Below, one piece after another: positions 11,114 through 22,012 of a DNA stretch of 64,000 nt. The notes under the pieces are model-generated. The model was not told the origin of the DNA and did not search any database. It saw only the letters and a list, made by a program, of their open reading frames with translations. A program made the position numbers and the translations under genes. The stretch comes from Escherichia coli (GTDB lineage: Bacteria > Pseudomonadota > Gammaproteobacteria > Enterobacterales > Enterobacteriaceae): NCBI RefSeq assembly GCF_017348835.2, contig NZ_CP071375.1; one strand, 5' to 3'. Position 1 is the stretch's first letter; every line of letters begins with the position of its first letter.

Positions 11114-12412
11114 ATGAAAGCGATCTTGCTCCCATTTTTATCTCTTCTGATTCCGTTAACCCCGCAATCTACATTCGCTCAGAGTGAGCCGGAACTGAAG
11201 CTGGAAAGTGTGGTGATTGTCAGTCGTCATGGTGTGCGTGCACCAACCAAGGCCACGCAACTGATGCAGGATGTCACCCCAGACGCATGGCCAACCTGGC
11301 CGGTAAAACTGGGTTGGCTGACACCGCGCGGTGGTGAGCTAATCGCCTATCTCGGACATTACCAACGCCAGCGTCTGGTAGCCGACGGATTGCTGGCGAA
11401 AAAGGGCTGCCCGCAGTCTGGTCAGGTCGCGATTATTGCTGATGTCGACGAGCGTACCCGTAAAACAGGCGAAGCCTTCGCCGCCGGGCTGGCACCTGAC
11501 TGTGCAATAACCGTACATACCCAGGCAGATACGTCCAGTCCCGATCCGTTATTTAATCCTCTAAAAACTGGCGTTTGCCAACTGGATAACGCGAACGTGA
11601 CTGACGCGATCCTCAGCAGGGCAGGAGGGTCAATTGCTGACTTTACCGGGCATCGGCAAACGGCGTTTCGCGAACTGGAACGGGTGCTTAATTTCCCGCA
11701 ATCAAACTTGTGCCTTAACCGTGAGAAACAGGACGAAAGCTGTTCATTAACGCAGGCATTACCATCGGAACTCAAGGTGAGCGCCGACAATGTCTCATTA
11801 ACCGGTGCGGTAAGCCTCGCATCAATGCTGACGGAAATATTTCTCCTGCAACAAGCACAGGGAATGCCGGAGCCGGGGTGGGGAAGGATCACTGATTCAC
11901 ACCAGTGGAACACGTTGCTAAGTTTGCATAACGCGCAATTTTATTTACTACAACGCACGCCAGAGGTTGCCCGCAGCCGCGCCACCCCGTTGTTGGAATT
12001 GATCATGACAGCGTTGACGCCCCATCCACCGCAAAAACAGGCGTATGGTGTGACATTACCCACTGCAGTGCTGTTTATCGCCGGACACGATACTAATCTG
12101 GCAAATCTCGGCGGCGCACTGGAGCTCAACTGGACGCTTCCAGGTCAGCCGGATAACACGCCGCCAGGTGGAGAACTGGTGTTTGAACGCTGGCGTCGGC
12201 TAAGCGATAACAGCCAGTGGATTCAGGTTTCGCTGGTCTTCCAGACTTTACAGCAGATGCGTGATAAAACGCCGCTGTCATTAAATACGCCGCCCGGGGA
12301 GGTGAAACTGACCCTGGCAGGATGTGAAGAGCGAAACGCGCAGGGCATGTGTTCGTTGGCAGGTTTTACGCAAATCGTGAATGAAGCACGCATACCGGCG
12401 TGCAGTTTGTAA
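11114..12412 (+). CDS. appA: periplasmic acid phosphatase/phytase (432 aa)
   Basis: Signal peptide MKAILLPFLSLLIPLTPQSTFA and histidine acid phosphatase motif RHGVRAP. K-12-type start at 11114. Confidence 0.93.
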   Translation: MKAILLPFLSLLIPLTPQSTFAQSEPELKLESVVIVSRHGVRAPTKATQLMQDVTPDAWPTWPVKLGWLTPRGGELIAYLGHYQRQRLVADGLLAKKGCPQSGQVAIIADVDERTRKTGEAFAAGLAPDCAITVHTQADTSSPDPLFNPLKTGVCQLDNANVTDAILSRAGGSIADFTGHRQTAFRELERVLNFPQSNLCLNREKQDESCSLTQALPSELKVSADNVSLTGAVSLASMLTEIFLLQQAQGMPEPGWGRITDSHQWNTLLSLHNAQFYLLQRTPEVARSRATPLLELIMTALTPHPPQKQAYGVTLPTAVLFIAGHDTNLANLGGALELNWTLPGQPDNTPPGGELVFERWRRLSDNSQWIQVSLVFQTLQQMRDKTPLSLNTPPGEVKLTLAGCEERNAQGMCSLAGFTQIVNEARIPACSL

Positions 12413-12422
12413 TGCATAAAAA

Positions 12423-12448
12423 AGAGCATTCAGTTACCTGAATGCTCT
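12423..12448. terminator. hairpin between convergent appA and etk (likely bidirectional terminator)
   Basis: Stem agagcattcag pairs with ctgaatgctct around a 4-nt loop. The A-run before it on the plus strand is a T-run on the minus strand. Confidence 0.6.
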
Positions 12449-12484
12449 GAGGCTGATGACAAACGAAGAACTGTCTAATGCGTA

Positions 12485-12516
12485 GACCGGAAAAGGCGTT
12501 CACGCCGCATCCGGTC
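12485..12516. repeat. REP element
   Basis: gaccggaaaaggcgttcacgccgcatccggtc, typical REP consensus. Confidence 0.8.
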
Positions 12517-12531
12517 ACTTTACCTTCAGTT

Positions 12532-14712
12532 TTACTCTTTCTCGGAGTAACTATAACCGTAATAGTTATAGCCGTAACTGTAAGCGGTGCTGGCGCGTTT
12601 AATCACACCATTGAGGATAGCGCCTTTAATATTGACGCCTGCCTGTTCCAGACGCTGCATTGACAAGCTCACCTCTTTGGCGGTGTTCAGGCCAAAACGC
12701 GCAACCAGCAGGCTGGTGCCGACAGAGCGCCCCACGACCGCAGCATCGCTCACCGCCAGCATCGGCGGCGTATCGACAATCACCAGATCGTAATGGTCGT
12801 TCGCCCATTCCAGTAATTGACGCATCCGATCGCGCATCAGCAGTTCAGACGGGTTAGGTGGCACCTGACCGCGAGTAATCACATCAAAGCCTCCTTTGCC
12901 AAAATGCTGGATCACTTTGTTGAGCTCATCTTTACCTGCCAGATATTCCGACAAGCCATGTTCATTACTCACGGTAAACAGGTTATGCGAATAACCACGG
13001 CGTAAGTCGGCATCAATAAATAACACTTTTTGATCGGACTGGGCGATCACCGCTGCCAGAGTTGAACTGACAAATGTTTTACCACTGTCTGGCGTCGCAC
13101 CGGTGATCATCAGAATGTTATTCTCAGTCTCCATCATAGCGAAATGCAGACTGGTTCGTAGCGCACGTACGGCTTCAACAGCAGAATCCGCCGGGTTATC
13201 CACCGCCAGGAAGGGGATATTTTTAGTACGATGGCGCTGCTGATTAGAAAATAAATTTTTCTTACGCAGACGGGTACGTTTATCCAGCCACTCGGACATC
13301 GGGATGGTGGCATAAACGCTGATGCCGTGCTCTTCCAGTTGTTCCGGGGCTTCTACACCACGACGCAACATCGCACGCGCCAGCACGGCACCCACCGAAA
13401 TAAACAGGCCAAGAATAAAACCAAGCACCACATTCAACGCTTTTTTCGGTTTCACTGGCTGCGGCTGAGTGACTGCCGGGTCGATAATCCGCACGTTACC
13501 AATCGCACTGGATTTCGAAATACTCAACTCCTGCTGGCGGTTAAGTAATTGCAGATATACCGCACGGCCCGCTTCTACGTCACGACTTAAACGCAACACT
13601 TCCTGTTGGGTGGAAGGCATTGCCGATACCCGCTTATTCAGGCGTTTGCGTTCTTGCTCCAGCGTCTGGCGTTTTTCCAGCAGCGCACGATAAGTTGGGT
13701 GATCTTTCTTATACAGCTGGGAGATCTCTGCCTCGCGGAAGGTCAGCTCATTGAGTTGATTATCAACGTTCACAATCTGCTCAAGAACGGCTTTGGCTTC
13801 CAGGTTAAGGTCAACCGAATCGCGCTGCTGGCGATAAACGTTGAGTTTTTCTTCCGCCTGGTCCAGCTCGCTACGCACTTCAGGCAACTGGCGCTGTAAG
13901 AATTCAAGGCTTTGTGAATCCTGCGCCGCCTGGCGAGCGATATTCTGTTGCAAATAGTTGTTAGCGATGCTGTTCAGTATACGGGTAATCAACTGGGGAT
14001 CATCACCGGTCATGGTAAGTTCCAGCATCCCGCTTTCTTTACTGCGTTCGCTAACGGTAAAGGTTTCCTGCAATGCGTTAATCGCTTCCAGTTCGGTACG
14101 CTGGCTCAGGACAAACTGTGTTCCTGGTTTGGCCTTAATATCCGCGATAGTCAGCGCAACGCCATCTTTTTCCAGACGCTGGCCGACCATACCATTGACG
14201 GTGAACTCTTCACCTTCCAGCGTATAGTGGCCGTTTTCCCCAACCGTGAGTGTCAGTTGCTGATCCTGACCATTCAGTTGTGGAATATGCATCCAGCTGA
14301 TCGCCAGCTCACCTGGTTTCTCTTTGGTTAATCTCGCCCAGCCGCGACCCACAATCGGAAAATACTTCTGCTCAACCATATCGCGCAGATTCAGTTCAGC
14401 AATGGTTTTACCGAGAATCATGCGCGATTGCAGCAGTTGGATCTCCGGTGCAGACTCGGGCGATGAGTTAGGGATCATATCGCTCAGGCCGCTGAGAATG
14501 GCGTTGCCCTGTTTCTGCTCAACCTGGACCAGAGTATCTGCCTGATAAATTGGCGTGCTTAACAGCGAGTAAGCGACAGCGATCAGCGTGAATAACGCGG
14601 TCACGCTGATAATAAACTTACGGTGATCCCATAACTCGCCGACCAGACGAAGCAGATCGATCTCATTTTCCTGAGTGCTGCCTGGTGGCGTATTCATATT
14701 TTTAGTTGTCAT
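12532..14712 (-). CDS. etk: BY-kinase, group 4 capsule tyrosine autokinase (726 aa)
   Basis: Wzc-family architecture: two TM segments, a coiled periplasmic domain, a Walker A (GATPDSGKT) and a C-terminal Tyr cluster YSYGYNYYGYSY. Confidence 0.93.
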   Translation of the reverse strand: MTTKNMNTPPGSTQENEIDLLRLVGELWDHRKFIISVTALFTLIAVAYSLLSTPIYQADTLVQVEQKQGNAILSGLSDMIPNSSPESAPEIQLLQSRMILGKTIAELNLRDMVEQKYFPIVGRGWARLTKEKPGELAISWMHIPQLNGQDQQLTLTVGENGHYTLEGEEFTVNGMVGQRLEKDGVALTIADIKAKPGTQFVLSQRTELEAINALQETFTVSERSKESGMLELTMTGDDPQLITRILNSIANNYLQQNIARQAAQDSQSLEFLQRQLPEVRSELDQAEEKLNVYRQQRDSVDLNLEAKAVLEQIVNVDNQLNELTFREAEISQLYKKDHPTYRALLEKRQTLEQERKRLNKRVSAMPSTQQEVLRLSRDVEAGRAVYLQLLNRQQELSISKSSAIGNVRIIDPAVTQPQPVKPKKALNVVLGFILGLFISVGAVLARAMLRRGVEAPEQLEEHGISVYATIPMSEWLDKRTRLRKKNLFSNQQRHRTKNIPFLAVDNPADSAVEAVRALRTSLHFAMMETENNILMITGATPDSGKTFVSSTLAAVIAQSDQKVLFIDADLRRGYSHNLFTVSNEHGLSEYLAGKDELNKVIQHFGKGGFDVITRGQVPPNPSELLMRDRMRQLLEWANDHYDLVIVDTPPMLAVSDAAVVGRSVGTSLLVARFGLNTAKEVSLSMQRLEQAGVNIKGAILNGVIKRASTAYSYGYNYYGYSYSEKE

Positions 14713-14731
14713 CGTATTTTATAAACTCAAA

Positions 14732-15178
14732 TTACCGGCTGAGGCGCTTCGCCCATTCCTGACTGGCGCGCTCCAACATACCGTAGACATGTTCAAATGC
14801 GTCCTGACTTTTACGATAGGGATCCGGGATCTCTTTCTGTTCCAGCCATTGCCCAAACAGCATTGTCTTCCCGCGGACCTCGGGAGCGATTGCGGTAACC
14901 TGAGCAATATGTTCCGACTCCATTGCCAGAATCAGATCGTAATTTCGTGCCATCTCAGCAGTGAGCTTACGTCCGGCATGTCCTTCAAGAGATACGCCAT
15001 GATTAGCGGCAACATATGCCGCTGTCGCATCTGCAGGGTGTTTTACCAGACCATGAACACCTGCCGATTTGACTTTTACGCCCGGCAGACGTTTACGCAG
15101 CAAGCGCTCGCCAATGGGCGAACGGCAAATGTTGCCGGTACAAACCACCAGGATTGAGTTAAATTTTAGTTGGGCCAT
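14732..15178 (-). CDS. etp: low-molecular-weight phosphotyrosine phosphatase (148 aa)
   Basis: CTGNICRS P-loop. K-12 start MAQLKFNS at 15178. Confidence 0.92.
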
Positions 15179-16305
15179 GTTTGAATCCACCGTGAAGTCT
15201 CTGTCAGGTCATGCACCCCGGAAATCGTCGGTACCAGCAGAGAAATCACACGGTTCCAACGAGCCAGCGGCGCGGTAGTGACATAAACAATGTCGTAAGG
15301 TTCAAGCTGGAATTCCGTTCCGAGTATCATTGCCGATGCGTCCTTCGCATTCAGCTGATAAATATTGGCGATTTTGCCATTCTGCTTGTTTTGCGTTGCA
15401 CGAATAACAAAAATCCCCGTCGCATCAGCGACATCCTGATTCATACCCTCAGCGTTACCCAGCGCTTCCGCCAGGGTCATACCGCTGCGGTCCATTTTCA
15501 GCGTGCTCTGTTTACCCACTTCACCCATCACGAAGACTTTCAGATCATCGTTGCGCGGAATAAATAAAATATCTCCCGGGTGCAGCAGTTTGTTCTGGCG
15601 CAAGTCGCCACGCTGCATCAGCGCATAGAGGTTCACTTTGGTCTTTACGCCATTCTGGGTGAGCACCACGTTGCGCCAGTCTGCATCTGCGGTCAGACCG
15701 CCCGCGGCGTTAATCGCATCCATGATAGTCAGAGGAATATTGGTAATCGGCTGCTGACCCGATTTGCTGACTTCGCCGGTGACGTACGCTTTTTGCGAGC
15801 GGAACGCCGCGACGCTGACATCGACTTGCGGGCTTTCAATGACTGAATCGAGACGGGCTGTAATCTCGTTGCGTACCTGGGTAAGTGTTTTCCCGGCCAC
15901 TTTCAGGCGACCAATATAGGGGTAGAAAATCGCACCATCGGCGTTAACCCAGTTGCCGGTATCACTGGCGCTACGGTATTGCCCTGCGGGGGTGGTTAGT
16001 TCCGGGTGATCCCAGACCGTAACCATCAACACATCACCAATGCCGATACGATATTCATAGTTCGCGATTTGCTGCTCCAGCTCCGGGTTAGCCTGCGACA
16101 TAATCGGTTTGGCGCGCAGCTGATCAATCAATCCTGGCGTGACGGGATAGATATTGACCATTTTGTCCAGGTCATACTGATTGTCAGGTAGTTCAATGAC
16201 ATCCTTGTTACTGGTCGATAAATTCTGACCAGGAACAAGGGTACATGCTGTCAAAGACAGAACAGCCAATGTCAGTACCGAAAACTTAAAAATGTTCTTT
16301 TTCAT
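15166..16305 (-). CDS. gfcE: Wza-like outer-membrane polysaccharide export lipoprotein (379 aa)
   Basis: Lipobox LSLTAC. Start MKKNIFKF at 16305. Overlaps the etp start by 13 nt. Confidence 0.92.
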
Positions 16306-16350
16306 TGGTTTATATTTATCAGTCAATGTAATGTTATGAATTACGTCAGG

Positions 16351-18447
16351 TTATTGTCCAACCGGTACTTCTCGCTCTGCCGTCATTGGATAGAGCTGGT
16401 ATTTGCGTGACAGCATTTGTCCACCATCACGCGTCAATGGTGTCCACGAAACCACCGCGCGGTTGCGGTTAGGTCCAATGGTCATCAAGTCGAACGGAAT
16501 CGAGATATAAAAACCTTTACTAAAGCCGCCTTCGCCGTAGTCATCTTTAGATACGTTACTGATTGCCGCCCATACCCCTACCGCCACGCCGCTGTCAAAG
16601 CGTTTGGCGACGTCGATCGTTGCGCCTTTATCTTTTGCCAGATATTGCCCAACGCTAAGTTTCATCAGTACGCCATTGAGCGTCGGCGGGTTCCAGTAAG
16701 CCGTCACGAAACCTGTGGGTGTGGAATAATCGGTGAAGCGCATCATGTTGTCCCAGTCACGTTGCTTCACGTAGTTAACGTCCACACCCAGCGCCCAGCT
16801 GGCATCTAGCGGGCGATAAAGCAGCTCGGAACCGACACCGGCGTACATCGTTTCCAGATAACCGCCATACACCTGGCCATAGAAACCATTGCCTAAGTCG
16901 GCAAAGTAGTTCGCCTGCAAGTTGTTGAGATAAACGTCATTGCGAACGTAATCACGGATATGCGTGCGCACGCGGGGCAGGGTAGAGTCCGCGGGTAATA
17001 GCGAAGACTTAAACTTGTCGTAGTTATTGTAAATATTGGTGAAAATACCGCCATCAAGCAGCAGGTGGTCAGTAAACCAGTAGCGGGCGCTGGACATCAG
17101 CCCCAACTGGAACATATAGAAATCTTCCGGGCCGCCCAGCGATTGTGAAAGTGTTGGGTTGAAAGAGTAGCTAAAGCGATCTTCACGAATACGGTAGCCC
17201 CGACCAAAGGCAGAAAGATCTTCTGCTTCAACACGTTGTTGTTGCAGTTGCTCTGATTTACCAGGCGCTGTACCGGCCAGCTGTTTGCGCAGGCTGGCTA
17301 CGTCGGTTTCGGTAGTCACCATCGCCATATGCTCGCGCTTTTGCGTCACGCTAATCTTCTCAACGCCTTGCGGCAGGTTATTCACCAGAATCCGGTTGGC
17401 ACGATCGACCGCTTCGCGAGAGTCACGGTATTTGTATTGCTGACCAGACATATACAGCGTCTTATCGCGTAGCTGAATTTCTGGCGCGTCAAAGCCCGCG
17501 TTATACTTCAGGGCGGTAAGTTGGTTTGCTACCGTGGTGTACTGCAATCCTTCAGATTCAGGCGCAGGTTGATATGCCGGTTTTGGCGTATCGCGTAGGG
17601 CAGGGCGCAGATCGTTGAAATTGGTCCGTAAAGTGAAACCAAACATCAACGTGTTACCGCGTTCATAACTCAGGTTGAGGTCTGCCCAGCTGGCAGCGCG
17701 ATAAACTGCACCGACGTTGAAATGGCTTGCCTGAGGCAGTTTGCCAGCGAAATCATTCTGGTAATTGTTGCCGTCGTATTCGAGTTTCAGACGCAGGGGA
17801 TTCCACGGCGTTTGATACTCAATGCCGCCAAAGATGGAGGCCGGGCCACGAAAGATATCGCTAAAGCTGATATCGCCCGCATCGTGAGACTCTGCGCGAT
17901 GACAATATTTATCGCTGACCCGGCAAAACGGGTTGGTAATATTGCCCGCATTACCGGCGTAGCCCCATGCCATCCCGAGGGTGAAATCAAATGGCCCCGC
18001 TTGCTTGCTGGCCACCAGATACTCACCGTCAAACAGACCCGTACCCGCAATATCACGTTTACCAAACGCCACTTGCGGTAGCCAGTAACCTTCTTCCCAC
18101 AGGCGAAGTTTAAAATCGAATGATTTGTCTTTGTATGACTGATCGCCGCTGAAATCTTCCCACTGGCTATATTTACGTGTGCGCACATCCGTATAACGAA
18201 TGGTGCCTTCCAGCCATGGGAACAGCGCCACGGAGGTGGAGTAGAAACGGTATTGATCGTTATCCCGGTAGTTGACGCTGAATTTACCTTCCGGTGCGAT
18301 GCGCGCATTTGGCATCTGCAACAATCCTGTGCCGCCAAAGTCTGATTGCGACGAACCCAGCGGATCCGGGTAGGTTAATACTTCAGCATGACAGGCACTG
18401 GAGACGGCAATGGCCAGGCAGCTTAAAAGATAAGAATTCTTCTTCAT
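16351..18447 (-). CDS. gfcD: group 4 capsule outer-membrane protein GfcD/YmcA (698 aa)
   Basis: Signal peptide, beta-barrel-like composition, position in the gfc operon. Confidence 0.9.
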   Translation of the reverse strand: MKKNSYLLSCLAIAVSSACHAEVLTYPDPLGSSQSDFGGTGLLQMPNARIAPEGKFSVNYRDNDQYRFYSTSVALFPWLEGTIRYTDVRTRKYSQWEDFSGDQSYKDKSFDFKLRLWEEGYWLPQVAFGKRDIAGTGLFDGEYLVASKQAGPFDFTLGMAWGYAGNAGNITNPFCRVSDKYCHRAESHDAGDISFSDIFRGPASIFGGIEYQTPWNPLRLKLEYDGNNYQNDFAGKLPQASHFNVGAVYRAASWADLNLSYERGNTLMFGFTLRTNFNDLRPALRDTPKPAYQPAPESEGLQYTTVANQLTALKYNAGFDAPEIQLRDKTLYMSGQQYKYRDSREAVDRANRILVNNLPQGVEKISVTQKREHMAMVTTETDVASLRKQLAGTAPGKSEQLQQQRVEAEDLSAFGRGYRIREDRFSYSFNPTLSQSLGGPEDFYMFQLGLMSSARYWFTDHLLLDGGIFTNIYNNYDKFKSSLLPADSTLPRVRTHIRDYVRNDVYLNNLQANYFADLGNGFYGQVYGGYLETMYAGVGSELLYRPLDASWALGVDVNYVKQRDWDNMMRFTDYSTPTGFVTAYWNPPTLNGVLMKLSVGQYLAKDKGATIDVAKRFDSGVAVGVWAAISNVSKDDYGEGGFSKGFYISIPFDLMTIGPNRNRAVVSWTPLTRDGGQMLSRKYQLYPMTAEREVPVGQ

Positions 18448-19193
18448 CAGTCAGGAACACGTTGCGTTAAAACAGACACAATCTGGTCATTTAAATCAGC
18501 ATATTTTTCGGGCAGTACATGCGCAGAAAAGCCTAACCAAAGCTGGCTGCCAGGCGGTGGTTCCACATGTCTTTTATTCCACAGGGCAACAGGGGCGACG
18601 ACAGTCTCACCCTCAGGCGTAATCACGATAACGTTATTCTTGTCCGCGCCTGCAAGACGGGGGTGATCTTGCAGATAATCGGTAACGCTACGGCCTGCCT
18701 GCCACGGCAATTGCCCAGCCCCAGAAACCGCACCCAGCAGAGTAATAGTCACCGGGCGCTGTACGGTATAGAGCGTATAGTCCCCGACCAGCGGGGGATT
18801 GCTGTTCTCATCCACTCGTACAAAATCAGGGTCCAGTTTGACCGGTAAGCGACCAGTGATATTGAGATTGAGTAACTGCTGGCGCACGGATTTAATCGTT
18901 GCCGCCACATCGTCGTCAGCTTCTGCTTCCCAGGAAGCAAGCTGTGCCATGACATGTTGGTAGTCTTTAAGCGCTTTAGCTTTCGCCGCAGAGTCGGTCA
19001 GCAAGGCACCAGGCCACCAGAGGCGATCGCGCAGTTGCGGTTGTGTCACCAACTGGACAACATTTTCCACGGGGCCAACGGAAAGTGTCTGTTGTTCGCC
19101 AGGCAGATAAATAGTCACCGTTCCTTGCGCAAAGGCATGGGGTGTCATTACGTAAAGTACGCTGGCAATGAAATACGACTGTAATTTATTCAT
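18447..19193 (-). CDS. gfcC: group 4 capsule protein GfcC/YmcB (248 aa)
   Basis: Signal peptide. Start and stop are coupled to the neighbouring genes. Confidence 0.9.
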   Translation of the reverse strand: MNKLQSYFIASVLYVMTPHAFAQGTVTIYLPGEQQTLSVGPVENVVQLVTQPQLRDRLWWPGALLTDSAAKAKALKDYQHVMAQLASWEAEADDDVAATIKSVRQQLLNLNITGRLPVKLDPDFVRVDENSNPPLVGDYTLYTVQRPVTITLLGAVSGAGQLPWQAGRSVTDYLQDHPRLAGADKNNVIVITPEGETVVAPVALWNKRHVEPPPGSQLWLGFSAHVLPEKYADLNDQIVSVLTQRVPD

Positions 19194-19834
19194 GGTGCGG
19201 GTTTAAGAAACGTCATTTCTACGGGAATAACCCCTGCGCCTAACATTTGCCGACTTTGACGAACCTGGCCAGTAGCCGAATCGACCCAGAATGTGTTTTG
19301 CCACTGTTTTTCTGGCAGCGTGGAAGTCACCTCTTCCTGCCAGACATTACACAGCACATCGCGACCCGCAATATTCAGCGTCTCTAATCCAGCAAAGGAA
19401 AAAGTGGAACTCAGGGTCGCAGAGCGAAAATGGTTGTCTTCACTCCAGAGAATATCGCGCGTCCAGCGGCTGCCGTCTTTTATTGCCAGCGCGTTACGCA
19501 GAGGGTCCTGCCCGGAATTTGTCACTTCCAGCAGATTATTATTAAGTTTGACGGTCTTTAAAAGACGTCCATTATGGGTAACCAGCATGGCGTTATCCTG
19601 GGATAACCATTTGCTTTGTTCTTGTTCTATATATCCCAGTACCACAAAGATTCGTTGCCCTTCATTAAGGCGTAAATACATCGTGGAATAAGGCAACGCC
19701 TGGATCTGCTGATCCGCTACGGTGATATCCTGATTATCGAAAAGGCTGGCGCGAAATGTATCGACCATACTTTGCTGGCTGTGCGTACATCCCGCAAGAA
19801 ATAGTGCGAAAATCGATAAAATAAGAGGGCGCAC
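19190..19834 (-). CDS. gfcB: group 4 capsule lipoprotein GfcB/YmcC (214 aa)
   Basis: Lipobox FLAGC, in operon order. Confidence 0.9.
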   Translation of the reverse strand: MRPLILSIFALFLAGCTHSQQSMVDTFRASLFDNQDITVADQQIQALPYSTMYLRLNEGQRIFVVLGYIEQEQSKWLSQDNAMLVTHNGRLLKTVKLNNNLLEVTNSGQDPLRNALAIKDGSRWTRDILWSEDNHFRSATLSSTFSFAGLETLNIAGRDVLCNVWQEEVTSTLPEKQWQNTFWVDSATGQVRQSRQMLGAGVIPVEMTFLKPAP

Positions 19835-19940
19835 CTTTAATCCTTGAAAGGTTAATTAAAAAAATGCAAATCTCTAAAGCCCGGTACGAATATCGCAACC
19901 GGGTATTATTTAACTTTAATTTCGACGCGTTTAAGCAGAA

Positions 19941-20246
19941 TTAGCGCGTAGTGGACGTGGTGGTTGAGGTGTTATGAGAACCGCCATCGCCACTGTCATT
20001 TGCTGCAACTACTGCCAACGTCGCCACACCAACAGCCGTTGCCACACCGACAACTGTCGCCGTGCCGACAGCGCCAGCAGCCACGCCACCAGTGGTAGCA
20101 GCCGTCGTGGTTGCACCGGTAGTGGTCGTTGTGGTGCCAGTAGTACCCGTCGTTGCCTCGGTCCCGTTTGCTGCTTCAGGGGCAGCAAACGCAGCTGGCG
20201 TCGTCAACATGAAGGCCATAAGGATTGCAGAAAGCTTGTGTTTCAT
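19941..20246 (-). CDS. gfcA: threonine-rich group 4 capsule protein GfcA/YmcD (101 aa)
   Basis: Begins MKHKLSAILMAFMLTTPAAFA, followed by a Thr/Gly/Ala low-complexity tract. AAGGAAAAG lies upstream of the ATG at 20246. Confidence 0.88.
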   Translation of the reverse strand: MKHKLSAILMAFMLTTPAAFAAPEAANGTEATTGTTGTTTTTTGATTTAATTGGVAAGAVGTATVVGVATAVGVATLAVVAANDSGDGGSHNTSTTTSTTR

Positions 20247-20687
20247 AACTTTTCCTTTATTCATCGCATGGACAATACGTACGCTTGAGATCAGGATTGT
20301 CTACTTTGAGTATAACATCCTTGTGAAATCTCCCTTTCCTCATACCGCTTGCACTATATACAGCGGGTGAGAAAGGCGCGCAGAGGGAAATATAAGATTG
20401 TTAACTATTCCCCTCTGGAAATACGACTTGTGAGCATAAGATAAATCTTAGCAAAATACAAATTAAAGATAAGAAAATTGTTAAGAAAGCTATTAACTAT
20501 TGTTGGCAATATAGTTTCAAGTGGTACTATAACTCGCTGTTAAGTGGCATTTATAACTATTAGGTGCAGAGATATTCGGTTAAATGGATTAGTTTACCGG
20601 TGAAAAAGTAACTTGTGTTATAATACATGGTGTTGACTATTGAACTATGCCAATAAAACCAGTCAGCTTTAAACAAGCAGCGTCATA

Positions 20688-20900
20688 TTAAGAGAGATAA
20701 ACATTTGCCGCTGTTGGTCCTCGCAGGCCATTTACGCGGCAAAATTCCACGCGTAATCCTGGTATAAGCACTTCTGCGTCGCGGGGAGTGAATGCGGAAA
20801 TATGGACCTGGACTTCTTTACGACCGTCGGAGGGGATAATGAATCCTTTGCCGCTTTTGCGATCAAAGGTTTTGACAATTCCTGTCATTTTACGGGACAA
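20688..20900 (-). CDS. cspH: CspA-family cold-shock-like protein
   Basis: 70-aa cold-shock domain ([16 protein letters not shown]). Confidence 0.9.
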
Positions 20901-21185
20901 ACAAATTCCTTACTGAAAATACTGCGCTGCACTATACGGGGTTAATAAAATAAAGCCAGCGATATTTAAGACCGCCGGACGGCTAAAATAAAATTTGCTT
21001 AATCTCAATTATCATGCGTTAATAGCTGCGTCGGTTTGAAAGACAGACAGCATACAAAGTAGTTTACTAAAGCAGTTCTCATTATCAGGCATTATCCCCT
21101 TCTTTTGAGTCTCTCTCCTGAACACTAAGTAGTTTCTGTATTAAAGCCCTGTTTGCCGAAAGGCCCAAAATGAAGGAAGTAAAAT

Positions 21186-21398
21186 ATGTCTAATAAAATG
21201 ACTGGTTTAGTAAAATGGTTTAACGCAGATAAAGGTTTTGGCTTTATCACTCCTGATGATGGCAGCAAAGACGTTTTCGTCCATTTCACCGCCATCCAGA
21301 GCAATGAATTCCGCACGCTGAACGAAAATCAGAAAGTTGAATTTTCTATTGAGCAGGGGCAACGTGGCCCCGCGGCAGCGAACGTTGTTACGCTCTAA
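21186..21398 (+). CDS. cspG: cold-shock protein CspG
   Basis: 70 aa, with RNP motifs KGFGFI and VFVHF. A long 5' UTR region lies upstream. Confidence 0.93.
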   Translation: MSNKMTGLVKWFNADKGFGFITPDDGSKDVFVHFTAIQSNEFRTLNENQKVEFSIEQGQRGPAAANVVTL

Positions 21399-21408
21399 GG
21401 TTGCCGTT

Positions 21409-21597
21409 ATTACTCAACATCTCCATTTCCGCTGTCCATGTTGTCATGGTTCACAGTACCGCACATCGGCATTCGATGTGACGGAGCGAAACCCTTTGGG
21501 CGCTAAGTGTATTTTTTGTAAATCGACGATGATCACCTTTGATAACGTCGCGCTGCAAATACGCACTGACCATGCGCCGCTGGATTTCACAAAATAA
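21409..21597 (+). CDS. ymcF: small zinc-ribbon protein (YmcF-like); start codon uncertain
   Basis: The frame encodes ...ITQHLHFRCPCCHGSQYRTSAFDVTERNPLGAKCIFCKSTMITF..., a CxCC...CxxC ribbon. The only in-frame ATG (21337) lies inside cspG. The real start is probably a non-ATG codon just after the cspG stop; ATT at 21409 is only a guess. Confidence 0.45.
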   Translation: MTQHLHFRCPCCHGSQYRTSAFDVTERNPLGAKCIFCKSTMITFDNVALQIRTDHAPLDFTK

Positions 21598-21802
21598 TAT
21601 CAGGCTCCCTCGTGGAGCCTTTTTTATATCTGCCTTATTTTTCTTCAACGCTGTATGTATAGTAAGCGATAACCTGTTGATTATTGAATCTTTCGGGGAG
21701 ATGGCTTATAACATTTCTTACCTGACCAGGGTACCGGGAACCAACACCTTACTGGCGTGTTGCTGTCTTTCAAGACCAGACGAGGTTAACAGTGAATATT
21801 GA
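21572..21802 (+). CDS. ymcE: small membrane protein YmcE/Sfa (76 aa)
   Basis: K-12 start MRRWISQNNIRLPRGAFF at 21572. Confidence 0.8.
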   Translation: MRRWISQNNIRLPRGAFFISALFFFNAVCIVSDNLLIIESFGEMAYNISYLTRVPGTNTLLACCCLSRPDEVNSEY

Positions 21803-21965
21803 AGAGTTAAAAAAACAAGCCGAAACGGAAATCGCCGACTTTATCGCGCAAAAAATCGCCGAGCTGAACAAGAATACAGGGAAAGAAGTCTCTGAAATTC
21901 GCTTCACCGCACGAGAAAAAATGACCGGGCTTGAAAGTTATGATGTCAAAATCAAAATAATGTGA
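21792..21965 (+). CDS. gnsA: GnsA (57 aa), GTG start
   Basis: My translation gives (V)NIEELKKQAETEIADFIAQKIAELNKNTGKEVSEIRFTAREKMTGLESYDVKIKIM. Overlaps the ymcE end by 11 nt. Confidence 0.8.
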   Translation: MNIEELKKQAETEIADFIAQKIAELNKNTGKEVSEIRFTAREKMTGLESYDVKIKIM

Positions 21966-22012
21966 TTTTGTGAACATCACCCGTGCGAGGTGATGTTCCG
22001 CTTGTTGCTAAT

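Noticed and set aside
19974-20370. Plus-strand ORFs of 104 and 102 aa overlapping gfcA.
   Set aside because: They are the reverse-frame product of the Thr/Gly/Ala low-complexity repeat of gfcA. They are artefacts.
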